Positions 11,474-21,058 of a DNA stretch of 64,000 nucleotides are shown here, in pieces. The position numbers and the translations under genes are program-made. How positions within the stretch are numbered: position 1 is the first letter of the stretch; each line of letters opens with the position of its first letter. This stretch comes from Pachysolen tannophilus NRRL Y-2460 (taxonomy: Eukaryota), in assembly GCA_001661245.1 (NCBI GenBank), contig KV454018.1, forward strand, positions 631,569 to 695,568, read 5' to 3'. Under the pieces are notes generated by a model that searched no databases, was not told where the DNA came from, and worked only from the letters and a program-made list of their open reading frames with translations.

Positions 11474-12684
11474 TTAATTTTTTAAATTTTTCAATTCAAG
11501 TAGTCCCTTTTCTAAATTTTCAACCAGATTAAATTTGGATTTAGTTTTATCAATTTGAAGATGAATATTTGTATTTAATCTTTCCCTTAATATATCATTA
11601 GCAGATTTGATTGTTATTCGAAGATTTTCTAAATACCATTTTTTAAATAAATCAATTTCATTAATCATTTTTTTCGAAATTTTATTTAAACTTATCATGG
11701 AACCTATCAATATTATTGATAAGATTGTATTTAATTCAAAATTATAAAAAATATGAGAAATTGTAGCAATTGAAATAATTGGAATTTGAACTTTCCAAAA
11801 TTCTGACATGATAAAATCGTATAATTCAATTTGTAAAAAATTTATTTTGGTAAATACATTTTTTTCTAAAATTTTTAATGGATTTTTTAAAAAAAATTTT
11901 TTTTCTTCATTTTCTATTCCTGATGATATACTATCAATTTTTCCAATTAAAATATTAAAATTTTCATTTGTAGAATTTAAAAACCCATTTTCATTATTAA
12001 ATAAAAGATTTTCTAAAATTAAATCTAAATCATCAATTTTAATTATAAATTTCATTAATTGAGGGAAATTCAATTTTAAATTATTATTTAAAAAAGGTTG
12101 TAAAAATTCTTGTAATTCAAAATGAGAATTTTGATTCCATTCAGAAATTAATAATTCATTCTTTGCTTTTAAATTTTCCAACATTTTTAAATTAATATTT
12201 AAATAATTTTCAACTGTTAATTTTTTATTATTTTGTAATTGATATGATATTCCATAACTTAATTCATTTCCAATTTGTAAATATAATTGTTCTATAACAG
12301 ATTTATATAATTCAATTATTGGTTCAATATCATTTGTTAATTTGAAAAAATTATTAAAAAATTTATTAATATTACAATTTTGAATTAATTTTAAATATTC
12401 AGTAGAATTTGATGGTGATTTAATCAATAATTCATTTGCTTTAACTGCACAATCAATATCTATCACCAATTCTTCTTCATTATTACGTTTAAGTAAAATC
12501 TCATCATTAGTATTAATTATGGATAATATTGGCCAATTTGCAAAACTTTCATCAGGTAATTTTTCATAAATAAAAGATTTTATAAACAAATATAAATGAC
12601 AATCAAAATTTTTTTTTCTTTCTAAAATTACATTTTCAGTTTCTTTAATTATAGGTATAATCTCTAATTTTTCAATTTCTTCTC

Positions 12685-12718
<34 letters not shown>

Positions 12719-13288
12719 ATGTTTTAATTTTAAATTATTAATTTCTAAAAATTCTAAAAAATTTGATTGATTTTTTAATAATCTTTCATTATATTGAATC
12801 TTGTAAATATCCAATTTTTCCTCATCATTATGAGAAATTTCTATAACATCTTTATTATTATATTGAATCAAATTATTCTTATTAGTTAAATCTCTATCAA
12901 TTAATGTCCCATACCAATTTTTTGGATCCCATGGATCAACAAGTAAACATGTTAATAATTTTTTATTTTCAACATCGTTTGTTATTAACCCAATTCTTAT
13001 TTTTTTCTCTTGAGAATTCAAATATCTTTCAATTAATGAAATTTTCTTATATAATTCAAGATTATCATCAAAATATTTTTTCACATTGTTAAAGTTCAGT
13101 ATAATTTTACTATGATCAGTTCCAACTTGTATATTCTGTATCTTTGAATTATTTGACCTTGTATGATTATCTGATCCCGCTAATGTCACAGTAGAATATT
13201 CAAACCATTGAGACTTGAACAAAAAACAACAACAACAATTTCTTTTATTTTTATTCAATAGAGGTAAACTCCTCCTTATCACTCTCAT
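11474..13288 (-). CDS. Probable mitochondrial membrane protein (possibly Mmc1-like)
   Basis: ~600-codon ORF; first ATG 13288 with Arg-rich N-terminus; two hydrophobic segments near the C-terminus; family call is weak. Confidence 0.5.
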
Positions 13289-13524
13289 TTTAAACAATTC
13301 ATCAATCTATTAATATCTTTTCAAATAAATATTTATCATCAAAATTATTCTTTTTATTTATTTATTTATTTATTTATTTACCTTACCGAGAAAGGTTAAA
13401 AGAATTGTTGATGGAAAAAATAAAAAGTTTTTAATTTGTCAAAACCCGATGAGAAAGAGAAAGAAGGAAAGAAATTTTTTTTTTAATCAATTTAATCAAT
13501 TCAATTGTTATAATTTCTTCTTCT

Positions 13525-14133
13525 TTATATGTTTCCCACATCTAATGATATGAATCTAGCATCGTATTTATATTTCAATGGTATTCCTAAAGGTTTTATT
13601 GATACGTTATTGCAACAATCTGGCCAATGATTTTCATAATCTTTTAAAAAATTGAAAAAATTTTTATAAATTATAGAATGATCACTATTATTACAATTTT
13701 TAATATGTCTTATTTTTAAAATATGGATTGTATTCAGTAATTCTAATTGATGAATTAATGGGATATTAAAAAAATTTTCATGTTTAATTTCTTTATCAAA
13801 TTTATTATTATTATTATAATAATAATAATAAAATTCTATATTTTCAATTACAACATCAAAAAATTTTTCTAAATCAATAACTAAAGTGAAAATTTTTGGA
13901 GTTTGAATCAATTGAACTTGTTCATTACTCAGTGTATAATTCTTATAAAATAAGAGTTCAAATTCAATATTTATATTTGAATAGAGAAAAGGTTTCAGTT
14001 TGAGATATAATGCTTTACTAGTAAGCATCAATTTTAATCGTTCACATTGGTTTAATCTATGATATATCTGTTGAAAGATATCGTTAAAACCACACAATTC
14101 TATAAAACTTAACGCTCTTTGTCGTCTTTCCAT
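13525..14133 (-). CDS. Hypothetical protein with F-box-like N-terminus
   Basis: ATG 14133; FNDIFQQIYHRLNQCERLKLMLTSKALY...PFLYSNI resembles fungal F-box motifs. Confidence 0.45.
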   Translation of the reverse strand: MERRQRALSFIELCGFNDIFQQIYHRLNQCERLKLMLTSKALYLKLKPFLYSNINIEFELLFYKNYTLSNEQVQLIQTPKIFTLVIDLEKFFDVVIENIEFYYYYYNNNNKFDKEIKHENFFNIPLIHQLELLNTIHILKIRHIKNCNNSDHSIIYKNFFNFLKDYENHWPDCCNNVSIKPLGIPLKYKYDARFISLDVGNI

Positions 14134-14373
14134 TTCACAAATCAAGTTTACAATTAAAAAGGTGAGCAAAACCAAAAAACCTCTTAAAAAATAAAAGGTT
14201 TATATAGTGTTTTAAGACTGTTTTTTTTTTTACATAGATGTTTTTAAAGTAATGTTGTAATATGCTGAATTATGTACAAATTGGCATAAAACTTGCCAAA
14301 TAGTTAAAAGCAAGTCAAACAAAAAAGAGAAAAGAAAATTTCAATTTTTCCAACAACGTAAACTGCAAACTAT

Positions 14374-14415
14374 AAGTTGATCAAATTGATCAAGTTGGTC
14401 AAGTTGGTCAAGTTG
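14374..14415 (+). repeat. 9-bp tandem repeat (AARTTGRTC) x ~4.5
   Basis: aagttgatc aaattgatc aagttggtc aagttggtc aagttg. Confidence 0.8.
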
Positions 14416-14796
14416 TGGATGAATAATTTTGAAAAATTAAAGATTAAATTATCAATATCTATCGCATATCTAAATTGTATTATTTTTTAAAAAAACTCTA
14501 ACTAATTAATTTATGCTTTGTTATTGCAATAGTTTTATTTAATCACCTTTTAATATAAACTCTTACTATCCGCAGTTCTGAAATTGTAAGGTTATCTCTC
14601 TCCTTTACTGGATTGGAAAACATTCAGTTCAAATCCTATAATTTTCCAGTATCTTATCTATCTCATCTAGAATGGTTTAACTTGTTGAAAAATAGTTTTA
14701 ATATAATTTTTCAGCCTCATGAGTTTCCTATTATTTTTTTAATTGCATTTTATTTCATTTTATCTTTACTTTACAAAAATTAATTTCAAGTCAAAA

Positions 14797-15621
14797 ATGA
14801 GCTGGTTTAATTTGAAAGAGAATACTTTAGGGACTTTGCCTTGCAATGAAGATAATAAGTTAATCACTGAATCGAATGAATTGATTAATTCAATAACCAA
14901 AGATTGGAATAAAAATAAAATTTTTAAATTTAACAATAATAATTTGAAAATTCAAACATATTCTAAAAAGATAAACTCAGAATACGTTGTTGCTCGTGTA
15001 AATGTTTTCCCCAATGATGAAAATCATAAATATGAAAATTTTATTCATTATCTTATTGGTGCTGAAAGAAATCCAAATCAATCTAGTGAATGGGGAGTTT
15101 CCGATAATTATAACCATACAAGGTTTGAACAAAATTATATCAAAGTATTGGAATCATGGGAACCTTTAGAATTTTCAAAATATAAAGAATATAGCAAATT
15201 AGTTGATCAAGATGGAAATTATTCTGAACAATATAAGCATTTAAAAGATTGGATAGGAGTTAAACTTGTTTATAACATTGGCCCAATTTTTAACAAGAGA
15301 GAATTTAATGAATTTATATTTATTCAACCGCCCATTTTAGAATCTTCTTTTAACAAAAAAATCCACCCAGAAAATAATAGCGAGGTTTCATTTGTAATCT
15401 CACTAGTAGCCAAACCTTTACAAGATAATAATAACTTTGTTAATGGCTTATATTGTTCAATTGAAAGAATCAAATTAAATTTACAAACAAATGAAATCGA
15501 ATGGGCAATGATGACTTCTAGTGACGCAAAAGGTTCATTACCTCTTTTCTTACAGAAATTGGGAATCGACAAGAGTATAAGTGAAGACGTCCCTAGCTTC
15601 TTAAACTTCATCACTCAATGA
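14797..15621 (+). CDS. START/DUF3074-like protein
   Basis: ATG 14797; HTRFEQNYI, KREF, GLYCSIERI, IEWAMMTSSDAKGSLP...SISEDVPSFL. Confidence 0.7.
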   Translation: MSWFNLKENTLGTLPCNEDNKLITESNELINSITKDWNKNKIFKFNNNNLKIQTYSKKINSEYVVARVNVFPNDENHKYENFIHYLIGAERNPNQSSEWGVSDNYNHTRFEQNYIKVLESWEPLEFSKYKEYSKLVDQDGNYSEQYKHLKDWIGVKLVYNIGPIFNKREFNEFIFIQPPILESSFNKKIHPENNSEVSFVISLVAKPLQDNNNFVNGLYCSIERIKLNLQTNEIEWAMMTSSDAKGSLPLFLQKLGIDKSISEDVPSFLNFITQ

Positions 15622-15866
15622 TTCCATCTTTTCTCTTCTCTTCTATTCTCTTCAACTAAACACTTGTAAAAGCTGAGTCGTGTAAAGAAGCAACTGAGTG
15701 TTTTGTTTTTTTTTTTAGTTTTTTATTTAAAATTTTTTTGTAATTTTTAAAAATTTTTTTTTAAAACATCAAAATAGTAACAAAAGTTTAGTATTAGAAA
15801 CCAATTGGAAACGAAGGGTGAAGGTTGACCGAATCGATCAAAGGGAAGGAGAAGAGGGTTCTAGTA

Positions 15867-17474
15867 ATGGCGGATAAGACGTTATCTTTTTCGGTGCTGG
15901 CGGAGGAAGATGAGGTGAAGAGGAAATTGTCGATAAATTCGTTATTAGCCGAAGAGGCAGAACAAGATAACAAGAAATTGAACAATGATCAAGTTTATTT
16001 AAAAAATAGTAGGAATGTTAGTTATAACAAGGATGAGGAAGAAGAAGAAGAAGAAGAAAAAGAAGCGAAAAAAGATGAGGATGAGGATGAGGATGTATTT
16101 ATGGCAGTTGAAGCTTTGGAACTGTTGAAAAATGGAAATAATAATGGTCGTCATATCAATGGTACTAATAATAGTGGGAATAGTAATGGGGAGACTTTTT
16201 TAAATAAAGTTGCTTCATATCCATTGATTTTAAATTCTATAAAGATTTTAGAGAAAAATTTAAATAATTTACCATTACCTGCAAATAGGAAAAGATGGTT
16301 TAATAATGTTGATGGTAATAATAATAATAGTGATTCTAGGAATATTGAGGATTCATACGATAATAACAAAAGGTTGAAGCTTTCATCTTCAAGATCATTT
16401 ACATCGGCATTTGGATCATCTATAAATAATAATGCTAATACTACTACTATCAATGAAAATGATAATGATCCTTCGATGAAAAAAAATTTTCAAGATATAA
16501 AAGATTTAAGTTTTGTTAATTTGAATATTGAAAGTAGGAGAAAATTACAAATGTTAATAAATTTTTTAAAAATTGGTAATGCACAGTTAAATCAAAGAAT
16601 TGAAAATTTAATGAAAAATTGTGAATTAGAAAGATTGAAAAAATTAGAGAAACAGAAAAATTATAAATTAGTGATGGAAGGAAAACAAGAAATTCAGCAT
16701 ACAGAAAATACGGCCAAAGATCTTAAACAAGAAGATGAAGAAGAAGAAGACGAGGAAGAAGAAGAAGAAGAAGAAGAAGAATACCATGATGCCAATGATA
16801 GTTTATTAACCCCAACAAATTCAAACAACAAGTACGATTTATCCAATTCATCATCAAATGATCCTATAAACCAAATCAAACATGATATAGTTGGGACAGT
16901 TAAAAAAATTGTAAAAGTTGTTTCGAAATTTACTGGGAATTCATTACCAGAACCTGCAAGATCAAATGTTCGTGAATTATTACTTAGACTTCCAAATAAT
17001 TGGGCAATTTCTTTAAAAGAAAAAAATGAACAAATTTTATTTTCTACAAATCATCAACTTTTTAAAAATAAAGAATTAATTACTGATCCAAATGGTAAAG
17101 TTTTAATATTGGCTCAAGAATCATTAGATATGATTAAAAAAATTATAACTTTTTGTAATGATTCTTTGGAGAAAGCAGAGGTTTGGAATTTAGAAAAGAC
17201 AAATGAACAAGAAAGTTTAAGAGAAAAATTATTAATGAATAATCATATCAATAGACATCAACAGAAAACAAATGACAAGAAGAATGGAGATAATATTAGT
17301 ATCAGGAAAAGATCTAAGATTGACATTAACGATCTTGTGCATGAAGAAAATGAAAATGAAAATAACAATAGCAATAACAATAAAAACGACTGTGGTCCCA
17401 TAGGTGATGACCCTACAAAGGATATTCAGACAAATTATACAAGGATTAGTGATAATACTGATATTAGGAATTAG
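15867..17474 (+). CDS. OPI1: Opi1-family transcriptional repressor of phospholipid synthesis
   Basis: ATG 15867; MAVEAL, LNIESRRKLQMLINFLK, acidic tract plus FFAT-like EYHDA, GNSLPEPARSNVRELLLRLP, GKVLILAQESLDM. Confidence 0.85.
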   Translation: MADKTLSFSVLAEEDEVKRKLSINSLLAEEAEQDNKKLNNDQVYLKNSRNVSYNKDEEEEEEEEKEAKKDEDEDEDVFMAVEALELLKNGNNNGRHINGTNNSGNSNGETFLNKVASYPLILNSIKILEKNLNNLPLPANRKRWFNNVDGNNNNSDSRNIEDSYDNNKRLKLSSSRSFTSAFGSSINNNANTTTINENDNDPSMKKNFQDIKDLSFVNLNIESRRKLQMLINFLKIGNAQLNQRIENLMKNCELERLKKLEKQKNYKLVMEGKQEIQHTENTAKDLKQEDEEEEDEEEEEEEEEEYHDANDSLLTPTNSNNKYDLSNSSSNDPINQIKHDIVGTVKKIVKVVSKFTGNSLPEPARSNVRELLLRLPNNWAISLKEKNEQILFSTNHQLFKNKELITDPNGKVLILAQESLDMIKKIITFCNDSLEKAEVWNLEKTNEQESLREKLLMNNHINRHQQKTNDKKNGDNISIRKRSKIDINDLVHEENENENNNSNNNKNDCGPIGDDPTKDIQTNYTRISDNTDIRN

Positions 17475-17616
17475 GTTTATTAGGGGTAAGAAAAACTAGA
17501 TCTTCACGATACTATTAGAATTTGAAAGTTAGAAAAAAATATAATTTAGTTTAAGAATAATAATAGTAATTATAATATCGAAAAAAAAAAAAAGAAAATA
17601 GAAAAAATGTATATGA

Positions 17617-18333
17617 TTAACTTTGTAGAGCTCTTAACCTTTCCCTCATTTCATCCATGACTCCATCTTGTTCACCTTCTACTTCTTCTTGGGCTTCTTT
17701 CTGTTGTTGTTCCTGTTGTTGTTGTTGTTGTGCTTGTCTTTGTTGATCTTCACTGATAAGATCCGAGATCTTGCCATCATCGAGCTTATCAATCTTATCA
17801 CTAACAAAACTATTCAAAATATCATTAATTTCATCTTCTTCAGTTTCACTTTGCATCAATTCATCATCTTCCATTGTATCAGTCATATCATCCATCATTT
17901 CATTCAATACACCCAGTTTCATAAGTTCTTTTTGTAATTCTTGAACAGTATGAGACAATTGTGGTAATTTTACCAATGAATTAATTTCTTTCATTATTGA
18001 AGTTGATTGTGAAATATTTTTATTTAATTTTAACCGCTGTTGTTGTTCATCTAATTGATAACTTATAGAATTTAAAGTTGCCCTTGAAGTTGTTAACCTT
18101 GTCTTTTGTTTATTCATAGAGATCAACTCTTTTGCATAAACTTTTGCACTTTTCTTATCATTTGATTTAATAGCTTTTTTAATCAATGATTCAGTTTTTT
18201 TTTGTAATGGACTTAAACTGTTAATTTCTCTATCCAATTGTCTAATATTCTTTCTTGTTATAGCTTTGCTCTTACGAAATGCCTCCTTCGGGTCCGGCCC
18301 ATATATATATTCCTTTATATAGTTCATGTCCAA
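17617..18333 (-). CDS. VPS24: ESCRT-III subunit Vps24
   Basis: YGPDPKE, AKVYAKEL, INSLVKLPQL, ELMKxG, C-terminal MRERLRALQS. Confidence 0.93.
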   Translation of the reverse strand: MDMNYIKEYIYGPDPKEAFRKSKAITRKNIRQLDREINSLSPLQKKTESLIKKAIKSNDKKSAKVYAKELISMNKQKTRLTTSRATLNSISYQLDEQQQRLKLNKNISQSTSIMKEINSLVKLPQLSHTVQELQKELMKLGVLNEMMDDMTDTMEDDELMQSETEEDEINDILNSFVSDKIDKLDDGKISDLISEDQQRQAQQQQQQEQQQKEAQEEVEGEQDGVMDEMRERLRALQS

Positions 18334-19201
18334 TACATAACATACAACAACACTAATCTTTTACCTCAACACCAATAAATAGAGATGATTGAGAGATATA
18401 CACAGAAACAAAATTACTACTATTTCTACTACTTATTTTTGTATTTTCTTATTCTTTTTTCCCTTCATTTTCCTATAAAGAGACTATTCGCTGCTCAAAA
18501 AAGAAAAGAAAAAAAAAATAAAAAATTAAAAATGAAACTTTTTGTTCTGTTTCTACACGACCAAATAAATAATAAAGAGTAGTGTCAGATGTACACAGTA
18601 AATCAGAATAGGGAAACTGTGGCTCTTTTTTTTTTTTGAAAAAAAAAAAAAAAACACAGAGGTAGTGTTTACAAGTACTAACTTTCCTCATTAGGTAATT
18701 GTTTGAAAAAAGAGCGCGATGTCGGCTTCAACCAGTACTAAACATTTCAAGAATAATCAATCAATAGAATCATGATTTTTATTACAGTGTGTAAGAATGA
18801 AAAATTTTTTCATTAACCTTACTTTTAAGTGAAATAACTTTTCTATCAAATAAGTGTAATTTTATATGAACAGCAAAGCAAAGAAAAAATAGAAAAAACA
18901 TACTTTTAATTCTCATGAGTATATATATCTCTAAAATAATAATATTATTGTAATTTTTTGTTTTTAAGTCGTGGTATTAAAGTTTATCTTTAGTACTGAT
19001 AAAAAAAATCTTTTGTACTGCATCGGAAAAAAATTTTTCAAATTTTTCATTTTTCGGTATCACAATCATTTAGTCATATACTAATAAATTTATAAATATT
19101 TATATATATATATATATATAAATTTGAATATATAGAAGTTAAATTGGAAAAGTTTATATATAAATATATATATATATATATTTATATTGAAATTTTGAAA
19201 A

Positions 19202-20491
19202 ATGTTGAAGGTAAATACTTTGAATTTATTAAAGAAAAGATTTGAGTTTTCTTTACAAGCTCGTTTTTTCCATAATTCTAAAATTAATTTATCTTCGAGT
19301 AAATCTTTGGATAGGGCTACATTAACAATTAGAGATGGTCCTATATTTAATGGGTTTTCATTTGGTGCTAATAAGAATATTAGTGGTGAAGCTGTTTTCA
19401 CCACTTCATTAGTTGGTTATCCAGAATCTATGACTGATCCTTCTTATAAAGGTCAAATTCTTTGTTTTACTCAACCTTTAATAGGTAATTATGGTGTTCC
19501 TTCTGGAAAAGCAAGAGATGAATATGGATTATTAAGATATTTTGAAAGTCCTCATATTCAATGTATTGGTATTGTTGTAAGTGATGTTGCCATGGAATAT
19601 TCTCATTGGACTGCAGTAGAAAGTTTATCACAATGGTGTAAAAGAGAAGGTGTTGCTGGTATTACGGGTGTTGATACAAGATCATTAGTTACTTATTTAA
19701 GAGAACAAGGTTCTTCATTGGCCCGTATCACTGTTGGTGAAGAATACGATGCAGATGAAGATGCTGCGTTTGAAGATCCTGGATCAATAAATTTGGTTCA
19801 TAAAGTTTCAACAAAACTGCCATTCCATATTCTGGCACCAAATGCAAAATATCATGTTGCTGTAATAGATTGTGGTGTTAAAGAAAATATTTTAAGATCT
19901 TTAGTTTCTAGAGGTGCTTCAATTACTGTATTACCATATGATTATCCTATTCAAAAAATTGCAAATAAATTCGATGGAGTTTTCATTTCAAATGGTCCAG
20001 GTGATCCAACTCATTGTTCAACAACAGTTTATAATTTAGAAAAAACTATGCAAGAAAATGAAAAATTACCTATATTTGGTATTTGTTTAGGTCATCAATT
20101 ATTAGCCTTAGCAAGTGGTGCAAAAACAATTAAATTAAAATATGGTAATAGAGCACATAATATTCCTGCATTGGATTTAATTACAAATAAATGTCATATA
20201 ACATCACAAAATCATGGATACGCAGTGGATGCAAAGACTTTAAACCCAAATTTTAAAGAATATTTTATTAATTTAAATGATCAATCTAATGAGGGAATGA
20301 TCCATAAGACAAGACCAATTTTCTCTACACAATTCCATCCAGAAGCAAAAGGTGGTCCATTAGATTCTTCTTACTTATTTGATAAATATTTTGATATGTT
20401 GAAAGCTTACAAGGACAAATCTGGAATTACAAAAAAAATCAATCTTGAAGGATTATTAGTTGATATCTTACCAAAAGAAAGAATAATTTAA
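19202..20491 (+). CDS. CPA1: Arginine-specific carbamoyl-phosphate synthase small subunit with presequence-like N-terminus
   Basis: [56 protein letters not shown]. Confidence 0.96.
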   Translation: MLKVNTLNLLKKRFEFSLQARFFHNSKINLSSSKSLDRATLTIRDGPIFNGFSFGANKNISGEAVFTTSLVGYPESMTDPSYKGQILCFTQPLIGNYGVPSGKARDEYGLLRYFESPHIQCIGIVVSDVAMEYSHWTAVESLSQWCKREGVAGITGVDTRSLVTYLREQGSSLARITVGEEYDADEDAAFEDPGSINLVHKVSTKLPFHILAPNAKYHVAVIDCGVKENILRSLVSRGASITVLPYDYPIQKIANKFDGVFISNGPGDPTHCSTTVYNLEKTMQENEKLPIFGICLGHQLLALASGAKTIKLKYGNRAHNIPALDLITNKCHITSQNHGYAVDAKTLNPNFKEYFINLNDQSNEGMIHKTRPIFSTQFHPEAKGGPLDSSYLFDKYFDMLKAYKDKSGITKKINLEGLLVDILPKERII

Positions 20492-20656
20492 ATAATAATA
20501 ACAATCAAAAAGAAAAGAAAAAAAAAAATTCAAGTTTCCAAGTATATATTATCTTTTCTCTTAGACAGTGAGTTTGTTTGTTTAATTGCCTTTCTTTCTT
20601 ATTAGTTTACATAGTTTTAATATATATATATTATTAAAAAAGAAGTGAAACAAAAT

Positions 20657-20756
20657 TGACAATGGCTGGAGTCGAACGCAGCGTTTTTTTTGGTGTAATT
20701 AAAAAAAAAAAAAGGGAAAAAAAGTGATGCGCCTTAACCAACTTGGCCATGGAATC
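20657..20756 (-). pseudogene. tRNA-like relic / Pol III A-box + B-box element
   Basis: (-) GATTCCA-TGGCCAAGTTGGTTAAGGCG-CATCAC, then T-runs, then GCTGC-GTTCGACTCC-AGC; acceptor halves do not pair. Confidence 0.6.
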
Positions 20757-21058
20757 GGATAAAACGGCCGGCGCAAAATGTTTTTACAGAACCAGAACAA
20801 ACTTCACAGAAGAAAAAAAACCTTCACGGCGGAGGCGGCGGCTTCCCTCACCTAATATCTCCCAATTGCTTAGTGGGACGGCGGCAGAGAAACGTGTGTG
20901 TTTTCCCGCCCAAAGAAGAAGGTGAAATGCAGAGAAACAAAGAAAGAAAGAAAAACTTAGGAAAGAAAAAAAAATTTTGGTGCTATAATAATAATAATAA
21001 TATAATTAATATATATAAATAATAGATGAAATTATAATACACAATTCAACTAGTAAAG

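Noticed and set aside
20743..20925. 60-codon GC-rich ORF with TTG start
   Set aside because: No ATG at its start and no recognisable motif; better explained as CGG-rich PBY1 promoter overlapping the tRNA relic
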